In this document: piece by piece, positions 49,527 to 55,262 of the stretch
Position numbering within the stretch: the first letter of the stretch is position 1
Layout of the letters: each line of letters begins with the position of its first letter
Source of the DNA: an uncultured Chitinophagales bacterium
GTDB lineage: Bacteria; Bacteroidota; Bacteroidia; Chitinophagales; S012-47
Length of the DNA: 64,000 nt
Assembly (NCBI GenBank): GCA_964422925.1
Contig: CAYRDC010000002.1
Span: 3,719-67,718 of the forward strand
Direction of reading: 5' to 3'
Notes under the pieces: generated by a model
What the model was told of the DNA's origin: nothing
Databases searched by the model: none
What the model saw: the letters and a program-made list of their open reading frames with translations, nothing else
Made by a program: the position numbers and the translations under genes

Positions 49527-49600
49527 GGGGCTATAGCTCAGATGGCTAGAGCGCTTGACTGGCAGTCAAGAGGTCAGGGGTTCGACTCCCCTTAGCTCCA
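49527..49600 (+). tRNA. tRNA-Ala (anticodon GGC)
   Basis: Cloverleaf folded by hand. The acceptor GGGGCTA/TAGCTCC carries the G3:U70 identity pair. Anticodon arm CTTGA-CTGGCAG-TCAAG, T-arm AGGGG-TTCGACT-CCCCT. Confidence 0.92.
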
Positions 49601-49601
49601 C

Positions 49602-49646
49602 CTTCGCCCTCCGAAGTCCTGCCTCGCAGGACGAAGGAGGGCTTCG
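49602..49646. repeat. 45-nt imperfect palindrome / long hairpin abutting the tRNA-Ala 3' end
   Basis: CTTCGCCCTCCGAAGTCCTGC-CTC-GCAGGACGAAGGAGGGCTTCG. Two 7-bp helices are separated by symmetric GAA/GAA internal loops. No T-run follows. Confidence 0.6.
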
Positions 49647-49776
49647 TATATAAATACAACCCGTCTTATTCTTAACGTTTTTGGTTTTACTTCTCCGGGC
49701 TACGGTGGATGCGATCTTTGGTATTTATGTTTTTTGTAGATTCACATGTGCTGAAATACATTGATTTATTCAGAGT

Positions 49777-50268
49777 ATGTTAATGAATTTGATTGTTTTA
49801 AGAGGAAGAACTAAATCTGGGAAAACCACTTTATTAAAGGAAATAGTAAAGGAGCTCGGTTATGTTTCAATAGAGATAGATGAAATTAAAATGAAGAAAT
49901 ATGGGAATACACTTAGTTGCAATCCTATAGTCGATTTCCCAAAAATTGGACGAAAAGCAAGAGAACTACTCGAGATTGGAAAAAATGTTGTTGTTGAGGA
50001 TGCCTTTTTAGGCAAGAAAACTTTGGACTATTTTGAGCAAGGGCTTCAGGATTTAGATGGGATTAGTAAAACATATATTCGGCTGGAAATATCTCTTGAG
50101 GAAGCATTAAAGCGAAATGCCAAGATGGCAAATCCATTGAAGCAATCTACAATTGAGGGCCAATACGAACAGAATATTTATGAAGTTGAAGGGGAATATA
50201 TTTTTAATACTGAAAGGCAAGGCTTGGATGAGATTTTGGAGGAAATAAAAAAATTATTGGAGCAGTAA
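49777..50268 (+). CDS. P-loop NTPase / AAA-type kinase family protein
   Basis: 163 aa with Walker A GRTKSGKT near the N-terminus. The small-kinase-like size and the AT-rich gene suggest foreign origin. Confidence 0.65.
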   Translation: MLMNLIVLRGRTKSGKTTLLKEIVKELGYVSIEIDEIKMKKYGNTLSCNPIVDFPKIGRKARELLEIGKNVVVEDAFLGKKTLDYFEQGLQDLDGISKTYIRLEISLEEALKRNAKMANPLKQSTIEGQYEQNIYEVEGEYIFNTERQGLDEILEEIKKLLEQ

Positions 50269-50346
50269 ATAATATTGCTTGTTTCGTCTTTTTCCTTCAT
50301 ATTGAAAACCGTTGAGCCGATATTCCTTGATGGACATCAATCGCAC

Positions 50347-50374
50347 AAAAAAAAATCCCGTGTGAGCGGGATTT
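50347..50374. terminator. Bidirectional terminator hairpin (A9 - AAATCCCG/CGGGATTT)
   Basis: Stem 50353-50360 / 50367-50374, preceded by A9 (U9 on the minus strand) and followed by a T-rich tract on +. Confidence 0.7.
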
Positions 50375-50387
50375 CGTGTTTCTATTA

Positions 50388-50450
50388 TGGTGTGGGCGCT
50401 ACAAGATTCGAATCCCGCCTTAGCGGGACAAGCTATGTGACCCGTTGCTT
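50388..50450 (-). pseudogene. Remnant of a tRNA-Val 3' half (anticodon-stem 3' strand to CCA), disrupted by a hairpin insertion
   Basis: On +, GGGCGCTACAAGATTCGAA is identical (19/19) to the intact tRNA-Val, and TGTGACCCGTTGCTT matches 14/15. A 23-nt insert containing TCCCGC-CTTA-GCGGGA (50413-50428) breaks the T-arm. Confidence 0.7.
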
Positions 50451-50456
50451 AATCCT

Positions 50457-50711
50457 TTACAAGGATTGTTTTTTTATCAGTTTTTCGAGTTTTTTTCTGG
50501 ATTTCCAGCTTTTCAATTCGCGTTCCCGTTCAATGGCTTTTTCTTTGTCAGGTAGTTTTTCCGAATAAACAAGCTGCCAGTCTTTGGCCCGGCCGGTAAA
50601 CCCTATGTGGCTGGCATTGTGTTTTCGTAACCGGCCGGCAGGATCTGTGCTGTATCCGATATAATACCGGTCAATACCTGGAGAGTAGATGATATAAACC
50701 CAATGGCTCAT
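50457..50711 (-). CDS. GIY-YIG nuclease family protein (small, stand-alone URI domain)
   Basis: 84 aa. Sequence WVYIIYSPGIDRYYIGYSTDPAGRLRKHN matches the GIY-X10-YIG pattern, with conserved R and a downstream E (ERERELK). Confidence 0.85.
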   Translation of the reverse strand: MSHWVYIIYSPGIDRYYIGYSTDPAGRLRKHNASHIGFTGRAKDWQLVYSEKLPDKEKAIERERELKSWKSRKKLEKLIKKQSL

Positions 50712-50714
50712 AAC

Positions 50715-50740
50715 AAAAAATCCCGCCAGGGCGGGATTTT
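50715..50740 (-). terminator. Hairpin plus U-run between tRNA-Val and the GIY-YIG ATG
   Basis: TCCCGC (50721-50726) - CAGG - GCGGGA (50731-50736), extended by A/T pairs. On the minus strand it is followed by U6 and then directly by the GIY-YIG start codon. Confidence 0.65.
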
Positions 50741-50745
50741 GTTAG

Positions 50746-50823
50746 TGGTGGGCGCTACAAGATTCGAACTTGTGACCCCTTGCTTGTAAGGCAAGTGCTC
50801 TGAACCAACTGAGCTAAGCGCCC
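50746..50823 (-). tRNA. tRNA-Val (anticodon TAC), CCA encoded
   Basis: GGGCGCT/AGCGCCC acceptor, GCTC..GAGC D-arm, CTTGC-CTTACAA-GCAAG anticodon arm, ACAAG-TTCGAAT-CTTGT T-arm, ending ACCA. Confidence 0.92.
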
Positions 50824-50865
50824 CGAAAATCATTTCAATACCAACAGTTATCCCGTTGCCCTATA

Positions 50866-50943
50866 CTCTGGCGCTCTGATCCCGACCCTTTGGGTCGAGG
50901 ACTCTCGTGCCTTCGGCACGGAGACCAACTGAGCTAAGCGCCC
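50866..50943 (-). other. tRNA-Val-derived structured element (degenerate tRNA copy with two hairpins inserted in the D-loop)
   Basis: The first 20 nt (GGGCGCTTAGCTCAGTTGGT) are identical to tRNA-Val. About 44 nt follow, forming hairpins (50880-50901 and 50902-50925 on +). TCAGAGC then resumes, but the anticodon and T arms are decayed. GGCGCT...AGCGCC can still close the element. Confidence 0.55.
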
Positions 50944-50957
50944 TGATTTAGGGATTG

Positions 50958-50965
50958 CAAATTTA
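50958..50965 (-). promoter_or_regulatory. Candidate -7 promoter box (TAAATTTG) of the tRNA-Val transcription unit
   Basis: Reverse complement of CAAATTTA. It matches TAnnTTTG about 15 nt upstream of the first nucleotide of the tRNA-Val-derived element. Confidence 0.5.
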
Positions 50966-51116
50966 TGGCTGTTTCACCGGATTTTCCAATATTGCCGTTA
51001 AATTTTTAATTCCGCAACATAGATGGTGGCTCCTGTCGTTTCAACAAAGCCGGTGTGCAACACCCTCTCTCGGTTTCCCCGCGGGAAGACGTTATTTTTA
51101 TCCGGTCAATAGCCTA

Positions 51117-53636
51117 ATGAGAAAAGTACTGTTCATATCGGGTATTGTACTGTTTTCGCTGTTCCTGCTGTTATGGATCAGTGCCTGGGCCATCACCCGT
51201 TTCTTTGCCGATGACATAAAGGAATTGCTGCTCGACCGGCTCAACAGCCAACTTACTACTGAAGTCAGCGCGGAAGGGCCGGCTAAAATATCCCTGTTCC
51301 GGTATTTCCCGGATGCGGAACTGAAAATCACCGGTATCCGATTGCAGGGTGCTGCGGGCGATTCCCTGCCTCTGGCCGAAGCCGGGGAGATATCCCTGCG
51401 CGTTAATCTCTGGCAGTTGTTGCGGAAAAATTACCGTGTCAGCGAGGTAAGCCTTAGCGATGCGGTGTTTAACCTGTTGGTGGACAGCCAGGGGCGGGTC
51501 AATTACGAGGTGTTTCGCAGTGGGGAATCGTCTGATACAACGGGCACCGGCAGCCGTTTTGATTTCGTGTTGCGCGCAGCCCGGCTTCAACGGGTGGCTT
51601 TCAACTACCTGAACGAAGAGAATGGCTTATCGGCCAGTGGGCAGGTGGCCGAAGGCCGGCTTTCCGGGATGTTTTCCGGGGATTCCCTGAACCTGCATAC
51701 CGAATTGAGCCTGGAGATGGCCCATATCCGGGTGGACGGGCAGGAGTATTTCAATGATCAATCCGCCTCGCTGGAGGCTACTTTCCTGGCGGGCCTGGCT
51801 AGTGAGCGCTATTTCCTGCGGGACGGCATCCTGACAATGGACAACGGCCGGTACCGCTTCGAAGGAAACTACGCGGCAAACAGGCCCGGGGCCTTCCGCC
51901 TGGAGGGTGAGGAAGTGAACCTGGCCGATTTGCTGGCCCTCGCGCCACAGCAGGTGCACGAGGCGCTGGATGGGTGGGACAGCCGCGGGCAGCTGGCTTT
52001 TACGGCACAGGTCGGTTTCCCCGGATCCGGTTCCGGCTTCCCGGACATCCGGGCCGATATCTCGCTGAGCGATGGGGAAATCTTTTACCGGGAAGTGCAC
52101 CAGGGATTTGAAGCAGTCAATTTCGAGGCTACCCTCCGGGCTTCCGCTGACCAGGGCCCGGAAGGGCTGATTTTTGAAGTACCGGCTTTCCGGGCGGAAT
52201 TTGACGGGGAACCTATCCGCTTCAGTTTTTACCTTAAAAACCTGGATAATCCCCGGACCCGCACTACGCTTACCTGCAACCTCGACCTGGAACCCTTTGC
52301 CCGGTGGCTAGCTACTTTTGGCCTCCGGGAGCCGGAAGGCAGGATCATTGCTGACAATTTGCGACTGCTGGCCGACCAGGACGGACTCAGGCATGGCCTC
52401 AGCAATGCTTTCGTAAGCAGCGGTACCCTGCAGCTGGAAGAGGTTGGTTTTGATTACCTCGGCAAGCCTTTCAGCCATTTTAACGGCACGCTGAATTTTT
52501 CAGGGACCACCATCCGCACCGACAGCCTGCCCGGTGAAATCGGTAATTCCGAACTGGTTTGGTCCGGCTCCCTCGATCAATGGGCCCCCCGGTTGCTGGC
52601 AGGCAACGAGAGCCAGCCACTGAAACTCAACGGACGGCTCCGTTTTCAAACCCTCGACCTGGACGACCTGCTGACCTGGGAATCTGAAACACAGGAAGAC
52701 ACGGATCGCACCGACACTGCCTATAATTACCTGTCCTCGTTCACCCGCTTCTCAGGGCCGCTGGTCATCCACTGCAGGGAAATGAACTACGAAGATTTCT
52801 ATGCGAAAAATATCTACAGCCGGGTGGATCTTTCCCCTCAGGAAATCGGGATAGACACCCTGGATGCCCTGGCTACTGACGGCCGAATCAGCGGGCATGG
52901 ATACCTGAAAGTGCTGGACGGGGAAGTGCTCAAAGGCCGCTTCCAGGTACAGACCCATGATATCGATATGGAACAGGCGTTTCGTGAATTCGACAATTTC
53001 GGACAGGAAGTGGTCACTGACCGGATGATCAGCGGGCGCCTGACGGCCGGTGTAGATGCCAGCGTTTACTGGGATCCTATGCTGAACCTGCTGGACGACC
53101 GGCTCGAAATGCAGGCAAATGTTCGGGTCGATAACGGCCGACTGCGCAACTGCGAACCCCTGACCGAATTATCTGCTTTCGTGAAGTTGAAGGAACTGGA
53201 AGATATACGTTTCAATGAACTGGAGAATACCATCCTGATCCGAAACCGAACCGTGATTATTCCGGCTATGATTGTCCGGTCTACCGCCTTAAACCTCCTG
53301 ATGTGCGGGGAGCATCATTTCGATAACCGGATCGGATACTATTTCAAGGTCAATCTTTTGGATCTGCTGGCCCGGAAATTCCGGTTTGGCAAAATAGAAC
53401 TGGAAGAGACCGAAGAAGTACGGGAAGGACCGATTAATATTTACGTGGCCATGCGGGGCACGGCATCGGATCCGGTGGTGGAGACCGACAAAAAAGCCGT
53501 GAAGGAAAGGTTATACACGGATTATTACGGCCCCAGCAATATCCGTGACAAAATCAGGCAATATCAGGTGGAAAGCGAGCGAATTGACTGGTCCCCCGGA
53601 GCCGAAACCGACAGCCTGGAATTTATCGATTGGTAA
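51117..53636 (+). CDS. AsmA-family / AsmA-like outer-membrane biogenesis protein
   Basis: 839 aa from MRKVLFISGIVLFSLFLLLW (N-terminal anchor), then a long beta-rich periplasmic protein of AsmA-like architecture. The ORF-track start at 50955 is an upstream extension. Confidence 0.7.
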   Translation: MRKVLFISGIVLFSLFLLLWISAWAITRFFADDIKELLLDRLNSQLTTEVSAEGPAKISLFRYFPDAELKITGIRLQGAAGDSLPLAEAGEISLRVNLWQLLRKNYRVSEVSLSDAVFNLLVDSQGRVNYEVFRSGESSDTTGTGSRFDFVLRAARLQRVAFNYLNEENGLSASGQVAEGRLSGMFSGDSLNLHTELSLEMAHIRVDGQEYFNDQSASLEATFLAGLASERYFLRDGILTMDNGRYRFEGNYAANRPGAFRLEGEEVNLADLLALAPQQVHEALDGWDSRGQLAFTAQVGFPGSGSGFPDIRADISLSDGEIFYREVHQGFEAVNFEATLRASADQGPEGLIFEVPAFRAEFDGEPIRFSFYLKNLDNPRTRTTLTCNLDLEPFARWLATFGLREPEGRIIADNLRLLADQDGLRHGLSNAFVSSGTLQLEEVGFDYLGKPFSHFNGTLNFSGTTIRTDSLPGEIGNSELVWSGSLDQWAPRLLAGNESQPLKLNGRLRFQTLDLDDLLTWESETQEDTDRTDTAYNYLSSFTRFSGPLVIHCREMNYEDFYAKNIYSRVDLSPQEIGIDTLDALATDGRISGHGYLKVLDGEVLKGRFQVQTHDIDMEQAFREFDNFGQEVVTDRMISGRLTAGVDASVYWDPMLNLLDDRLEMQANVRVDNGRLRNCEPLTELSAFVKLKELEDIRFNELENTILIRNRTVIIPAMIVRSTALNLLMCGEHHFDNRIGYYFKVNLLDLLARKFRFGKIELEETEEVREGPINIYVAMRGTASDPVVETDKKAVKERLYTDYYGPSNIRDKIRQYQVESERIDWSPGAETDSLEFIDW

Positions 53637-55189
53637 AACGGTCTGAAGCGGGCTTTACTCCCGGTTATATTAACTTTACCGGGCCTGTTGTGAATATTTA
53701 CGAACAAAAATACCGGTGGAAACTCTGGCTGGTTGTGGTGGCAGCCATGATTGTCGGGGCGTCTCTTTGGTACACCAACCGGTTGGCTCATCGCATTGGT
53801 TCTGAAGAAAAGCAAAAGGTCAGGCTATGGGCTGAGGCGACCCAGAATAAAGCCCGCCTGCTGCGCATAACCACCCAGCTGTTCGACCGTCTGGCTCATG
53901 AAGAGAAGCAAAAAGTCATCCTATGGGCCAATGCCACCAAACGGCTGATCGAAAGCCCGGAAATCGATTATTTCGCCTTTGCCGTTGTGCAGAACAATGA
54001 AACCGTGCCCGTTATCCTGGCCGATGACCAGGGCCATATCATTGCTTCCAGGAACGTGGATTCGGCCCTCATCCAGGGGCAGGACAGCATGACAGTTGAG
54101 CTGCTGGAAGCCTTCTCTGCCTATAAACCCATCAAGGTGGAAAGCCAGGGCTGGACCAACCTGATCTATTACAAGGATTCCAGGCTCTTTACCGACCTGA
54201 AACAGACCCTAAACGACCTGATCAATTCCTTCATCTCTGAAATTGTACTGAATTCGGCTTCCGTGCCGGTGATCTATACGGATGAGCAAAAAAATATCAT
54301 CGCATGGGGAAACCTTGATTCCACCCGCGTGGATGACCCGGATTATATGCGGGACATGCTGGAATCGATGGAGTCTGAAAACGACCCGATACCCATATTG
54401 CTGGGGGAGGGGAGAACACACTACGCCTACTATCAGCATTCTTTTCTTTTGAAGCAGTTGCGGTATTATCCGTTTGTGCAGTTTGGTATTATCGGCTTGT
54501 TTTTGCTGATTGCTTATTACGCGTTCAGTACCGCCAGGCGCATTGAGCAAAACCAGGTATGGGTGGGTATGGCCAAGGAAACCGCTCATCAGTTAGGCAC
54601 CCCCATCAGCAGCCTGGCCGGATGGATGGAGATATTGAAATCCGGCAAGGCCGGCCCTGGGCTTTTGGCTGAAATGGAAAAGGACATGAGCCGCCTGGAA
54701 ATGATTACGGAGCGGTTCAGCAAGATCGGTTCGGCTCCGGACCTGGAAATGCATAATCTAACGGAGTTGGTCAGGGAATCGCTGGAGTATTTCCGGAAAC
54801 GGACTCCGAGGGAAGTATCTTTTCATCTGGATCTGCCGGACGGTGAAGAGGTTATGGCTCCGGTGAGCCCGCCCCTGCTGAAATGGGTTATTGAAAACCT
54901 GGTGAAAAACGGCCTGGACGCGATGGAGGGAAAAGGGGAAATCCGCATCCGGGTCAGCCGGAAAGACCATCAGGCCGTCATCGATGTGGCGGATACCGGC
55001 AAAGGAATTCCCCGGGGCAGGCAAAAAACCATTTTTCAACCGGGTTTCAGCACCAAGCCCCGGGGCTGGGGGCTGGGCCTGTCGCTTTGCAGGCGGATTA
55101 TCAAAGACTATCACAGTGGCAGAATTTTTGTGGAGAATTCGGCTCCGGGAAAGGGAACGACTTTCCGGATTGTCTTGCCGGTGCCATGA
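53630..55189 (+). CDS. Sensor histidine kinase (orphan)
   Basis: H-box AHQLGTPISSL, N-box ENLVKNGLDAM, G1 DTGKGIP and G2 GWGLGLS, with two TM segments flanking a ~250-aa periplasmic region. The start is uncertain (GTG at 53690 is plausible). No response regulator is adjacent. Confidence 0.88.
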   Translation: MVKRSEAGFTPGYINFTGPVVNIYEQKYRWKLWLVVVAAMIVGASLWYTNRLAHRIGSEEKQKVRLWAEATQNKARLLRITTQLFDRLAHEEKQKVILWANATKRLIESPEIDYFAFAVVQNNETVPVILADDQGHIIASRNVDSALIQGQDSMTVELLEAFSAYKPIKVESQGWTNLIYYKDSRLFTDLKQTLNDLINSFISEIVLNSASVPVIYTDEQKNIIAWGNLDSTRVDDPDYMRDMLESMESENDPIPILLGEGRTHYAYYQHSFLLKQLRYYPFVQFGIIGLFLLIAYYAFSTARRIEQNQVWVGMAKETAHQLGTPISSLAGWMEILKSGKAGPGLLAEMEKDMSRLEMITERFSKIGSAPDLEMHNLTELVRESLEYFRKRTPREVSFHLDLPDGEEVMAPVSPPLLKWVIENLVKNGLDAMEGKGEIRIRVSRKDHQAVIDVADTGKGIPRGRQKTIFQPGFSTKPRGWGLGLSLCRRIIKDYHSGRIFVENSAPGKGTTFRIVLPVP

Positions 55190-55262
55190 TGATTACGATA
55201 TAAGCAGTAGTAGTGTGGTGAAACCAAATTTCCCGTCTTTCAACCGTCTTGTTTTTCAAACA

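Noticed and set aside
50275-50568. 97-aa + strand ORF
   Set aside because: It crosses a terminator and the tRNA-Val remnant, and it runs antisense to the GIY-YIG gene.
50388-50823. GIY-YIG ORF as a homing endonuclease inside a group I intron splitting tRNA-Val
   Set aside because: A complete, uninterrupted tRNA-Val with encoded CCA lies upstream of the ORF. A terminator separates them, and the ~100 nt of non-coding flank is too short for a group I core.
50866-50943. Possibility that the tRNA-Val-like element is a functional tRNA, or a tRNA with an intron
   Set aside because: No 7-nt anticodon loop or T-arm can be formed. The hairpin loops are 3-5 nt, and the region downstream of the insert has lost anticodon-stem complementarity.
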